Made by a program: the position numbers and the translations under genes. Positions 26,987-35,725 of a stretch of DNA of 46,325 nt are shown one piece after another. The notes beneath the pieces are model-generated. The model did not search any database. It saw only the letters and a program-made list of their open reading frames with translations, and was not told the DNA's origin. This DNA comes from a virus. Where the stretch lies: IMG/VR virus record IMGVR_UViG_3300045988_046749. One strand, written 5' to 3'. Each line of letters opens with the position of its first letter. The stretch's first letter is position 1.

Positions 26987-27583
26987 ATGAAAGTATGTTG
27001 GTTTTCAACAGGAATAAGCAGTTTTGTAGCGTGTTATCTAGCAAAGGATGTTGATGAGATTATTTATACTCACGTGTCGAATCAGCATCCCGACAGTCTA
27101 AGATTCTTACATGATTGCGAGAAGCTGTTGGGAAGAAAGATAACGATAATTCAGTCAGAGCAATATTCCAGTGTGGATGATGTGATCGAAAAAACCAGAT
27201 GTATCAACACTCCATTCGGGGCACCTTGTACAGATAAATTAAAGAAAAGGGTTCGCATGAAATGGGAGCGTGAACACCCAGACCATCACATCTATGTATG
27301 GGGATATGACCTGAACGAAAAGAATCGCGCAGACAGAGTATGCGAAAACGAGCGCTTTGGACGAACACGCAGAGGAAATCAAGCAACTCCTGAAAGAGGG
27401 AAAATCAAGAAATGTGATTGCCGAGAAATACAATGTAAGACCACAGACTGTAAATTACTGGATCAAAAAGCGAAAAATAATCACTTCAGACCAGCAAGCC
27501 CCCCCAACTCCCGGAAAGAAAAAGTGCCCCACCTGCATATTCAGGCAGACAGACAAGAACCTTGGAAATTGTGCTTACATTGA
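26987..27583 (+). pseudogene. Truncated PAPS-reductase-family (adenine nucleotide alpha-hydrolase) gene read out of frame into the next gene
   Basis: N-terminal ~118 aa match the family up to NEKNRADRV; the rest overlaps an HTH/zinc-ribbon ORF in another frame. Confidence 0.6.
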
Positions 27584-27698
27584 GGTAATGGGACATACCA
27601 GAGGGTGCAGCGCAACAGAGTGCGATAAGTATGTGAAAGGCAAGCCGTTGAAGAAAAGAAAAGATTCAGGGACTAAGGCGGTGAATGAAGATGCTTGA
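27357..27698 (+). CDS. HTH + cysteine-cluster protein, probably missing its native start
   Basis: LDEHAEEIKQLLKEGKSRNVIAEKYNVRPQTVNYWIKKRK ... CPTCIFRQTDKNLGNCAYIEVMGHTRGCSATECDKYVKG. Confidence 0.6.
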   Translation: MDEHAEEIKQLLKEGKSRNVIAEKYNVRPQTVNYWIKKRKIITSDQQAPPTPGKKKCPTCIFRQTDKNLGNCAYIEVMGHTRGCSATECDKYVKGKPLKKRKDSGTKAVNEDA

Positions 27699-27876
27699 CA
27701 TGATACAGGATGGCGTTAAGGCATATTGCTTGCCAGATGATAATTTTTGCCTTGCAGACGAAAAACACAGGAGCCCGCTAAATCTGGAAGAATGCCCCAT
27801 AGGAGAGAGACATTGTACAGGAGATTGCTTTTACTATTCGGAAGATACGGAAGAAAGGATAGAAGAGGTGAAATAA
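27685..27876 (+). CDS. Cysteine-rich hypothetical protein
   Basis: 63 aa ORF. Confidence 0.5.
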   Translation: MKMLDMIQDGVKAYCLPDDNFCLADEKHRSPLNLEECPIGERHCTGDCFYYSEDTEERIEEVK

Positions 27877-27877
27877 A

Positions 27878-28570
27878 ATGAGAATAACTGCAATTGCAAG
27901 AGAGGATTTATCAAATATAGGGAATGGTTTAGTCCCAAACAAAATTACACTGGAACTCAGCGGGAAAATCGTACCAGACAGTTACGGAGAACATATTGGA
28001 CGATATGACGTAGAGAAAGAAGTATATGAGTCTTTCTTTAAAAAAGATAATGAAGCAGGAAATACGATGTATTTTGATGCATATAAAAAGTGCGATTGCG
28101 CTAGAGAAAAGAGACATGAGGTTTATACGGAAACCGGCATTAAAGAGGTAATTGATTATTATTTGATGTACGACATTGAGGAAAGCAGTAAAAATGAACC
28201 AACTGAAATCGAAACCGGCATTGATCGCGGATATTGCATAAACGGAAATTACAAATGCAGATATGAGCTTTTATTTGCCGCTAATGGACTTACCTCAAGA
28301 GTGGTTATCGAGTATCATACAAACAATATGCCGATGTACGATCTCATAAAAGATATGGAGGATGATATCAGGGAGGCCCTAGACGATGACTCTGACGAAG
28401 ACAATTTTTTCTATGGAATCATTAAAAACTCTGAAATTTGGATGTTTGATGAATTTGGTTGTGGAATAGGTGTTGAAATTAATAATGCAGATGAATTAAC
28501 TGCAATGTTGGCGTCTGCGAGATTACTTAGCTGTGAGTTTGTGAAAAAGGATGGATCAGATGGAAGATAA
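27878..28570 (+). CDS. Hypothetical protein
   Basis: 230 aa ORF. Confidence 0.7.
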   Translation: MRITAIAREDLSNIGNGLVPNKITLELSGKIVPDSYGEHIGRYDVEKEVYESFFKKDNEAGNTMYFDAYKKCDCAREKRHEVYTETGIKEVIDYYLMYDIEESSKNEPTEIETGIDRGYCINGNYKCRYELLFAANGLTSRVVIEYHTNNMPMYDLIKDMEDDIREALDDDSDEDNFFYGIIKNSEIWMFDEFGCGIGVEINNADELTAMLASARLLSCEFVKKDGSDGR

Positions 28571-28709
28571 AACCTGCAAGACATGCAAAGACAACGAAGA
28601 CGGTCTATGTGATCGCAAAGGAATCCTGGTAGAAGATGATGATAGCTGCAGTAAATGGCAGCCAAGCTGGAAGGAACATTATATAACTAGATTTCTGAAA
28701 GTGAAGTGA
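28560..28709 (+). CDS. Cysteine-containing small protein
   Basis: 49 aa MEDKTCKTCKDNEDGLCDRKGILVEDDDSCSKWQPSWKEHYITRFLKVK; not in ORF track. Confidence 0.55.
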   Translation: MEDKTCKTCKDNEDGLCDRKGILVEDDDSCSKWQPSWKEHYITRFLKVK

Positions 28710-28718
28710 GGAAAATAT

Positions 28719-28946
28719 ATGAGAGTTAAAATATGGCCAAGACAGTCAACTGATAGAGGCGGGTATGTGTGCATGCCATTATTTTCAAATGTACCAGTCG
28801 GAAAAAAAGGCTGGGAATTGACTAAATGCCTGGAGTGCGGAAGACTTTGTTGGAAAATGCCAGGAATAGCGGATCTGGAAGCGAAGCAAGGCACAAAGGC
28901 ATTATGCACATCATGTGCACTGACGAAAGGAGCCCAGGAAGGATGA
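28719..28946 (+). CDS. Zinc-ribbon hypothetical protein
   Basis: CLECGRLCWKMP...CTSC. Confidence 0.5.
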   Translation: MRVKIWPRQSTDRGGYVCMPLFSNVPVGKKGWELTKCLECGRLCWKMPGIADLEAKQGTKALCTSCALTKGAQEG

Positions 28947-29173
28947 AAAAACCAATAAACAGATATGGTTTAAAGGCGTATCTTACAAAAGGATATGATC
29001 TAAAGCCTGGAAAACGGATCAAATATTCAGAACCAGGGGAGAACGGAACTACATACCTGTATGAAGTTGTAAAGCTATATCCTCACTGCATTTTGCTGAA
29101 AGATACTTTCGACGGAACGAGAATTTGTCCAGGTTATGAGAAGCTTATGTTGATGATGAGGGGCATGGAATGA
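28943..29173 (+). CDS. Hypothetical protein
   Basis: 76 aa from internal ATG, ATGA overlap with the radical SAM gene. Confidence 0.5.
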   Translation: MKKPINRYGLKAYLTKGYDLKPGKRIKYSEPGENGTTYLYEVVKLYPHCILLKDTFDGTRICPGYEKLMLMMRGME

Positions 29174-30072
29174 GAATAAGACTTATTGACGTTGATGGGC
29201 ATAATTTTCCAAACATCCCATTGATGAAAGTATCAGCCTACTACAAGAATAGAGAAAACGATGTAGCCTGGTACGATCCACTCACTGATTGGCATACGCC
29301 ACCGGATAAGGTTTTTATGAGTAAAGTTTTCACCTTCACGCCGGATTATCCACATCCTGTATGCGGAAAAGAAATTATTAAGGGAGGAACCGGATATAAT
29401 TACCCATCTGGCGGTGAAAAACTACCAGAAGAGATTGAGCATATTTATCCAGACTATGAACTGTATCCACAGTTCCGAAATACCGCTTATGGATTTCTAA
29501 CAAGAGGGTGTCCTAGAGGATGCAATTTCTGCATAGTCAAGGATAAAGAAGGGCAGAAAAGTGTAAAAGTTGCTAATCTAAGTGAATTTTGGAATGGACA
29601 GAAAAACATAGTTTTACTTGATCCTAACATGTTTGCCTGCAAAGCATGGAAAGAGTTGTCTATTCAACTGATAGAAAGCAAGGCATGGGTAGATTTTTCA
29701 CAAGGCTGTGATATCCGAATCATGGATGCTGAAAAAACAGAGCATTTAAAGCAAATAAAAGTGAAGCAAGTACATTTTGCCTGGGATAGATACGAAGACA
29801 GAGAGGTTATTCTTCCAAAGTTTAAGTTGGTAAAAGAAATACTTGGATGGGATAAGCGGAAACTTCCGGTGTATGTGCTTGTAAATTTCAACACAACGAT
29901 TGAACAAGATCTGGAAAGGATATACACACTTAGAGATTTAGGATATTGGCCGTATGTGATGATATACAACAAGCAAGACACAAAGCCGTCTGATCCAGTT
30001 AGGAGATTACAACGGTGGGTAAATATGAGGGCAGTATTTGATAGTGTATCTCGATTTGAAGATTATATATAA
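29170..30072 (+). CDS. Radical SAM superfamily protein
   Basis: CPRGCNFC (CxxxCxxC), LLDPNMFACKAWKELSIQL, DFSQGCDIRIMD. Confidence 0.85.
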   Translation: MRIRLIDVDGHNFPNIPLMKVSAYYKNRENDVAWYDPLTDWHTPPDKVFMSKVFTFTPDYPHPVCGKEIIKGGTGYNYPSGGEKLPEEIEHIYPDYELYPQFRNTAYGFLTRGCPRGCNFCIVKDKEGQKSVKVANLSEFWNGQKNIVLLDPNMFACKAWKELSIQLIESKAWVDFSQGCDIRIMDAEKTEHLKQIKVKQVHFAWDRYEDREVILPKFKLVKEILGWDKRKLPVYVLVNFNTTIEQDLERIYTLRDLGYWPYVMIYNKQDTKPSDPVRRLQRWVNMRAVFDSVSRFEDYI

Positions 30073-30088
30073 AGAAAAGGCGATAAGA

Positions 30089-30478
30089 ATGAGGATAAAA
30101 GAAAGATTATTGCAGTACAAACAGGAACTGCAGAAACAGACGATGTACAAGGAAGGATTGCCTGGGAGCTCGCTAGACATTGTGAATACTCTTTTGAATG
30201 ATCTGGAACAGGACGAGAAAGAAAATGGTTGGATTACAGTAAAATATCATCAGATATCAGAAAAAGAACGTGCAGAAGAATCCATATCAAATGATATACA
30301 ATATATGCTTGACTGCAAAATGCCAGATGACGGACAAGAAATATTGGTTACTAACGGAGAAACAACATGGCAAGATACAAGCTTTATTGATTGTAACGGA
30401 TATTATCTTGATAGCAATTATGATTGGATTGATATTACGGCATGGCGACCACTTCCAGAACCATACAAGGAGGGATGA
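30089..30478 (+). CDS. Hypothetical protein (DUF551-like C-terminus)
   Basis: CKMPDDGQEILVTNGETTW...YDWIDITAWRPLPEPYKEG. Confidence 0.6.
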   Translation: MRIKERLLQYKQELQKQTMYKEGLPGSSLDIVNTLLNDLEQDEKENGWITVKYHQISEKERAEESISNDIQYMLDCKMPDDGQEILVTNGETTWQDTSFIDCNGYYLDSNYDWIDITAWRPLPEPYKEG

Positions 30479-30481
30479 GGA

Positions 30482-30712
30482 ATGCGGTTAATCGACACAG
30501 ATAAATTAAAAAAAGATATACTGCTTCAAAATATCTTAGGAGAACCAATACAGAAGATTATAGACAGATATATACATATTGTGGACAGTCAGCCAACAGC
30601 TTTTGATGTGGACAAGGTTGTGGAGCAATTAGAGAATTATTTATTTGAAAAATATTGTATAGAAGGAGATACAACAATTGATGAAATCGTGAAAGGCGGT
30701 GGAGTTGAATGA
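30482..30712 (+). CDS. Hypothetical protein
   Basis: 76 aa MRLIDTDKLKKDIL... Confidence 0.55.
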   Translation: MRLIDTDKLKKDILLQNILGEPIQKIIDRYIHIVDSQPTAFDVDKVVEQLENYLFEKYCIEGDTTIDEIVKGGGVE

Positions 30713-31149
30713 GAGAAATTCTTTTCAAGGGAAAGCGGAAAAATAACGGCGAATGGATTGAGGGATATCTTTTTGACAATGGATTTGACGGAGAAGAGAA
30801 AAAATATTTCATAGGTGGTTTGATTATTGAGAAATACAATGGAACTGCTTGCGATGAGTGGGATATTACAGGAATTGATTTTTGCGAGATTGACCCAGAA
30901 ACCCTCTGCCAGTTCACAGGACGTTGCGACAAGAATGAAAACAAAATCTGGGAAAATGACATCATCCAGTATGGCGCAGTTGCGGCTGTTGTTAAGTTTG
31001 GAGAATACGGTAATGGAAATTTAGGATTTTATGTAGATTTTCCAGAAGAAACCAATTATCGAAAAGATTTCTCGTATTGGGCGAAGAAAGTAGTCGTTAT
31101 TGGAAATGCGATTGACGATCGAAGTTTATTACAGGAGGTGCTGGAATGA
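30709..31149 (+). CDS. YopX-like protein
   Basis: MREILFKGKRKNNGEWIEGYLFD...ETLCQFTGRCDKNENKIWENDIIQYG. Confidence 0.85.
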   Translation: MREILFKGKRKNNGEWIEGYLFDNGFDGEEKKYFIGGLIIEKYNGTACDEWDITGIDFCEIDPETLCQFTGRCDKNENKIWENDIIQYGAVAAVVKFGEYGNGNLGFYVDFPEETNYRKDFSYWAKKVVVIGNAIDDRSLLQEVLE

Positions 31150-31424
31150 GTAAATCAGTATTAGTGATTGATACACCAGAGAAATGTATATGTTGTCCGC
31201 TATTAAACGGTGCAGATGAATGTACAGCACAAGATGATGATGCAAATTTCAAAGCTGGTGATTCATGGGATGAGTTAATGAAAGGATGCCCATTGAAGCC
31301 ATTGCCGGAGAAAATGAAAGCAACTGGGCTTTATAACTGCGAGCATTTCAAAGCGGGAGACAGGCCACCGAGCTATAAGATCGGCTGGAATAATTGTATT
31401 GATGAGATTGCAGGAGGAGAATGA
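31146..31424 (+). CDS. Hypothetical cysteine-containing protein
   Basis: 92 aa ORF. Confidence 0.55.
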   Translation: MSKSVLVIDTPEKCICCPLLNGADECTAQDDDANFKAGDSWDELMKGCPLKPLPEKMKATGLYNCEHFKAGDRPPSYKIGWNNCIDEIAGGE

Positions 31425-31427
31425 TGC

Positions 31428-31604
31428 ATGGCAATGAATATAAACGAAACTGTGAAAAAGTGTAATGTTTGTGGCAAATGGAAAACCACAGCGTATGAAC
31501 CGGATTATCCGATACTTAATGATAGCCGTTTTAGGTATCCGAAAGCAATTTTTATTTGCGAAGAATGCGCGAAAAAGCGCGAAGAAAAGAATATATTTTT
31601 GTGA
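31428..31604 (+). CDS. Small zinc-ribbon protein
   Basis: 58 aa MAMNINETVKKCNVCGKWKTTAYEPDYPILNDSRFRYPKAIFICEECAKKREEKNIFL; not in ORF track. Confidence 0.65.
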   Translation: MAMNINETVKKCNVCGKWKTTAYEPDYPILNDSRFRYPKAIFICEECAKKREEKNIFL

Positions 31605-31614
31605 GGTGAAGTAG

Positions 31615-31935
31615 ATGATTGATCTGGCAAAGAAATGCGTATTAGTCAGAACACATGAAGAGTATGAAAATATTCTGAAAGTAGCAAAGAAACAGGGATA
31701 TAGATGGTACGGCGGAAAAGAAACGTATCCATATCCCTTCGAAAAACAGCAGATCCCGGATATATTAAAGTTCTATAGCAATAAAGAACTAACAAAAAAT
31801 GCCAGCCTTGCACCGGGATATGAATTAGTAGAAGCATCAGACATAATTGAATATGAGAAGAAACTTAAAAATGCTATAAGACTTGTTATAACATTTGCCA
31901 GAGTATTCGCTAAATACCAGACAAAACAGCGTTGA
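31615..31935 (+). CDS. Hypothetical protein
   Basis: 106 aa ORF, AGGTGA SD. Confidence 0.55.
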   Translation: MIDLAKKCVLVRTHEEYENILKVAKKQGYRWYGGKETYPYPFEKQQIPDILKFYSNKELTKNASLAPGYELVEASDIIEYEKKLKNAIRLVITFARVFAKYQTKQR

Positions 31936-32006
31936 CAGATCAATTTATTGAGTCCTTGAAGTTACTTGCAGATACCGTAGAAAGTCAGATGGAAGAGGTG
32001 AAGTAG

Positions 32007-32393
32007 ATGGAGAGATTAACAAAAAGAGATTTTTCAAGAATCACATATAACGAACGCCGAAGCATTATGTGCAGTTCATATTGCGATAATTGCTCACAGG
32101 GTGCAGGAAATTGCAAAACAGTAAAGAATATGATTAAAAAACTCGCCACTTATGAAGACTTAGAAGAACAGGGCTTGCTTGTGAGATTGCCGTTTCCTAT
32201 CGGCACAACTGTATGGGATATATGCGGAATGGATATTCGAGAAAACGTGGTAAGCGGAATTGAATGCGGCAAAGATGGTAAACAGTTTTTGTGGGCAAAC
32301 CATGATGAATGGATCGGAGAATTAAATGTTTTGGTATTCCTCACCCGTGAAGAAGCTGAAAATAAGTTGGAGGAACTCAAAAATGAAATTTAA
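32007..32393 (+). CDS. Hypothetical protein
   Basis: MERLTKRDFSRITYNERR... Confidence 0.6.
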   Translation: MERLTKRDFSRITYNERRSIMCSSYCDNCSQGAGNCKTVKNMIKKLATYEDLEEQGLLVRLPFPIGTTVWDICGMDIRENVVSGIECGKDGKQFLWANHDEWIGELNVLVFLTREEAENKLEELKNEI

Positions 32394-32601
32394 AGAATTT
32401 GTAAACTGGTGCAATGAAAGAGCCTGTGACGGATGCTGGGGAATGCTGACAGCTATGGCGTGTATTGATTTAATCGGCAAGGTTAAAAAAGTTCCATTTT
32501 GGAAAAGAGAAAAATTCTGGAAAGAAAATTACGAGCAGCAAGTATTAGAAGAGATTATTAATCCGATAGAGAAGAAGTTGGAGGAGATGCAGAATGGATG
32601 A
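32383..32601 (+). CDS. Hypothetical protein
   Basis: 72 aa MKFKEFVNWCNERACDGCWG... Confidence 0.55.
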   Translation: MKFKEFVNWCNERACDGCWGMLTAMACIDLIGKVKKVPFWKREKFWKENYEQQVLEEIINPIEKKLEEMQNG

Positions 32602-33289
32602 TTATTTCTTTCCTACTATTGTTTGTGAAATAAAAGATTTGAAACCACTTAAAGAGCTTGGTGATATTTTGAAATGTAAATTTATTTTTTCTGATTTTAC
32701 TCTTAGATTGATTGATGGAGATAAAGTACATGAGGCACTTATACAACTTTACAGTCGAGAGTTATTGCTTGATGAAGGAATGGTAGTAGTTCCAGAGCCT
32801 ATACCAGAAAAAGAAGATAAATTTCCGGAAGTGTCGTATTATATTCAATTTTCAGAAAAATATGGCATGCAGATAATGGTGGGACAAGTTACGGATGTCG
32901 AGGATGAAGTATATCGGAGATACGAAAAAATTGACCACGACTATTGTACACTCATAATACGAGCATTGATAACCATAATGGAAAAGATTGAATCAAGGGA
33001 AAAAGCTATAAGAAAAGTAGATAGAAGCAGAAAAGTCAATAGCAGGGGGAAAAATCATTTGTCAAAAAAAGATAATAAAATTTTTCTTCTTGATGATTTG
33101 ATTGAATATGTTGTAGAGAATAATCTATATCAAAAATCCGTAAAACATAGTCAAATCAGCTACCCATGTTGGAGCGTAAGAGGGCATTACAGAACGTACA
33201 AAAGCGGTAAGAAAGTATTTGTAAAGCCATTTAATAAGGGGAAAGAACGTGGAAAAGCAGCACCAAAACAACATACTTATGTGGTTTAA
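32594..33289 (+). CDS. Hypothetical protein
   Basis: 231 aa ORF. Confidence 0.6.
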   Translation: MDDYFFPTIVCEIKDLKPLKELGDILKCKFIFSDFTLRLIDGDKVHEALIQLYSRELLLDEGMVVVPEPIPEKEDKFPEVSYYIQFSEKYGMQIMVGQVTDVEDEVYRRYEKIDHDYCTLIIRALITIMEKIESREKAIRKVDRSRKVNSRGKNHLSKKDNKIFLLDDLIEYVVENNLYQKSVKHSQISYPCWSVRGHYRTYKSGKKVFVKPFNKGKERGKAAPKQHTYVV

Positions 33290-33304
33290 AGGAGTGACGT
33301 ATCT

Positions 33305-33400
33305 ATGATTGATAGTTTAATAGCATTTACATTCGGAATAATATTCGGATCATTTGGAACTATTTTCTTAGTTGCACATTTTGGTGGCAAGCGTAAATAG
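33305..33400 (+). CDS. 31-aa membrane peptide
   Basis: MIDSLIAFTFGIIFGSFGTIFLVAHFGGKRK; not in ORF track. Confidence 0.5.
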   Translation: MIDSLIAFTFGIIFGSFGTIFLVAHFGGKRK

Positions 33401-33421
33401 CAATGAAAAAGGAGTGATGAT

Positions 33422-33721
33422 ATGCGTACAAGGCAAAAGTCACTTGTTGATTTTGGTGTATATCCGGAGGACGTTAACCGTTTAAAGGATATATGCCAGA
33501 AAGCTACACCAGAGCAGAGACACGATATTTTACACTGCTGCATAAGTTCTTGCCCTCCAGGAATTGAACTTTTGGTGTACGAATCTATTGTAGCAAACAA
33601 ATCTTATGATCGTATTATGAAGACAAAGTACATACCGGCAAAGCGAGATGATTTCTACGCATACAAGCGCAAGGCAATGGCTATGTTTTACGATACTCTA
33701 AGAAAACTAAGAGAAATATAA
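33422..33721 (+). CDS. Possible late transcription regulator (ArpU/sigma-like position)
   Basis: 99 aa, last early gene before terS; C-term YIPAKRDDFYAYKRKAMAMFYDTLRKLREI. Confidence 0.4.
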   Translation: MRTRQKSLVDFGVYPEDVNRLKDICQKATPEQRHDILHCCISSCPPGIELLVYESIVANKSYDRIMKTKYIPAKRDDFYAYKRKAMAMFYDTLRKLREI

Positions 33722-33738
33722 TACTAAAATTAATATTA

Positions 33739-33777
33739 AAATGTGGGGACAAATTTTTCTGCCATGTATGGTAATAT
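33739..33777 (+). promoter_or_regulatory. Candidate late promoter 2 (AAATGTGGGG-N23-TAATAT)
   Basis: Between early array and terS. Confidence 0.65.
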
Positions 33778-33835
33778 AGTATATATCTATGACTATATGC
33801 CATATGTGGCAGATTTTTTGTTTGGAGGTGAGAAC

Positions 33836-34288
33836 GTGGGAAAACAGGTAGGAAGACCACCAATATATAAGACGGTGAACGAAATTGAAGAAAAAATTGA
33901 AACATATTTCAAAGAATGCGAAGGCGAAATATTAAAAGATGATAATGGAAAAACTGTATTGAATAAATTTGGAAATCCGGTGGTTATTAATCGAAAGCCT
34001 CCAACAGTAACTGGTTTAGCTCTTGCATTAGGATTTACAAGTAGATTGGATTTATTAAGATATCAAGGAAAAAAGGAATTTTGTAACACGATAACGCGCG
34101 CGAAGAGTATGGTAGAGCAGTACGCAGAGGAAAGATTGTTTGATCGTGACGGTTCCAATGGTGCTCAGTTTAGCCTTAGAAACAACTTCAAGGGCTGGGA
34201 CGCTGATAAGAAAAATGATGATTTCAGAGACGGAAAGATTACGATTGTGAACAATATTCCGAGACCGGAGAAACAGGATGGAAAGTAA
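33836..34288 (+). CDS. terS: Terminase small subunit
   Basis: GTG start after GGAGGTG; GRPPIYKTVNEIEEKIETYFKECEG...; overlaps TerL gene. Confidence 0.8.
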   Translation: MGKQVGRPPIYKTVNEIEEKIETYFKECEGEILKDDNGKTVLNKFGNPVVINRKPPTVTGLALALGFTSRLDLLRYQGKKEFCNTITRAKSMVEQYAEERLFDRDGSNGAQFSLRNNFKGWDADKKNDDFRDGKITIVNNIPRPEKQDGK

Positions 34289-35534
34289 TGCTATCAAGCT
34301 GAATGAGATTGTAGCACCGGCATTTTACAATGTGTTTTGGGATATTTTAGATGGCAAGCACACCTACTATGATCTGTACGGTGGACGAGGATCCACAAAA
34401 TCATCTTTTGTAGGCGGCATGATTCCGTTTCAGATGATGCAGGATGCAGAGAATGGCTTAATGTCAAATGCTGTAATCTTTCGGAAAGTCGGTAATACGC
34501 TCAGGGAATCTGTGTATGAACAGATTGCATGGGGGATTGACGCACTTGGAGTAAGTGATTTATGGGCTGACAGTTTAAGTCCTATGCAATACGTGTATAA
34601 GCCTACTGGACAAAAGATCATATTCAGAGGGCTAGATAAAGCAAAGAAAACAAAGTCCATAAAAGTAAAAAAAGGATACTTTAAGTATCTTTGGTTTGAG
34701 GAACTTGATGAGTTTGCAGGCATTGAAGAAATCCGTACAGTTCAACAATCTGTACTTCGTGGTGGGAGCAAATTTGAGGTATTTAAGACATTCAATCCAC
34801 CGATCAGCCGTAGTAACTGGGCGAACGTGTATGTAGAAGAGCCAAGAGCTGACAGTTACAGGCACAAGAGCGATTATAGATCAGTTCCTGTTGAATGGCT
34901 TGGACAGCAATTTATTGATGATGCGGAGCATTTGAGAAAGACAAATCAGAGAGCTTACAACCATGAATATCTTGGCCTTCCTGTTGGACTTGGCACAAAT
35001 ATTTTCGAACTGTTAGAAATTCGAGAAATTACAGATGAAGAGATTCAGAGCTTTCAAAGTATCTACCAGGGGCAGGACTGGGGGTGGTATCCAGATCCTA
35101 AAGCATTTCTCCGTGTAGCTTATGTCCCTAACCAGGAAAAAGTTTTTTTATTAGACGAACTTGGAGGCCCCAAGATAAGAAACAAGGAAATGGCTAACCA
35201 GATAAAGAAAAAAGGATATGACGATTATCCAATATCTTGCGGAGTTGATGAAGAAGAAAGTATTATTGACTTCCGAGATGCAGGGCTTCCAGCACGTAGG
35301 GCCATTGTTACACCGGGAAGCCGCAAATATACTTTTGAGTGGTTACAGTGCCGAACATTAGTCATTGATCCAGCGCGAACGCCTAGAGCATACAAGGAAA
35401 TTATCAATTATGAACATGAAGTAGATAGCAATGGAGAAGTTATCGCAGATTATCCAGATGGCAACGATCACTGGATAGATTCTCTCAGGTATGCGACAAG
35501 TCCATTGTCGATGAGGAGGGGGAACAGTGCATAA
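34278..35534 (+). CDS. terL: Terminase large subunit
   Basis: YYDLYGGRGSTKSSFVGGMI (Walker A-like), YLWFEELDEFAG, GQDWGWYPDP nuclease region. Confidence 0.93.
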   Translation: MESNAIKLNEIVAPAFYNVFWDILDGKHTYYDLYGGRGSTKSSFVGGMIPFQMMQDAENGLMSNAVIFRKVGNTLRESVYEQIAWGIDALGVSDLWADSLSPMQYVYKPTGQKIIFRGLDKAKKTKSIKVKKGYFKYLWFEELDEFAGIEEIRTVQQSVLRGGSKFEVFKTFNPPISRSNWANVYVEEPRADSYRHKSDYRSVPVEWLGQQFIDDAEHLRKTNQRAYNHEYLGLPVGLGTNIFELLEIREITDEEIQSFQSIYQGQDWGWYPDPKAFLRVAYVPNQEKVFLLDELGGPKIRNKEMANQIKKKGYDDYPISCGVDEEESIIDFRDAGLPARRAIVTPGSRKYTFEWLQCRTLVIDPARTPRAYKEIINYEHEVDSNGEVIADYPDGNDHWIDSLRYATSPLSMRRGNSA

Positions 35535-35725
35535 TGAATAGTAAAGAAAATATATCTAAATGTTTGGAAATTCTGGACAAATTCCAGTTCTTCCAAGGGC
35601 AAAGAGCTGGAAGAGAATTGTGGAATGACAAACCAGTAAAGATACAGAACGAAGATATAAAAAATTTCAATAAAGACATAGAGTTTATCAGAAGTGTGCT
35701 GAAATCAGCTAATTCAGGTGATTAA
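35534..35725 (+). CDS. Hypothetical protein between terL and portal
   Basis: 63 aa ORF. Confidence 0.5.
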   Translation: MNSKENISKCLEILDKFQFFQGQRAGRELWNDKPVKIQNEDIKNFNKDIEFIRSVLKSANSGD

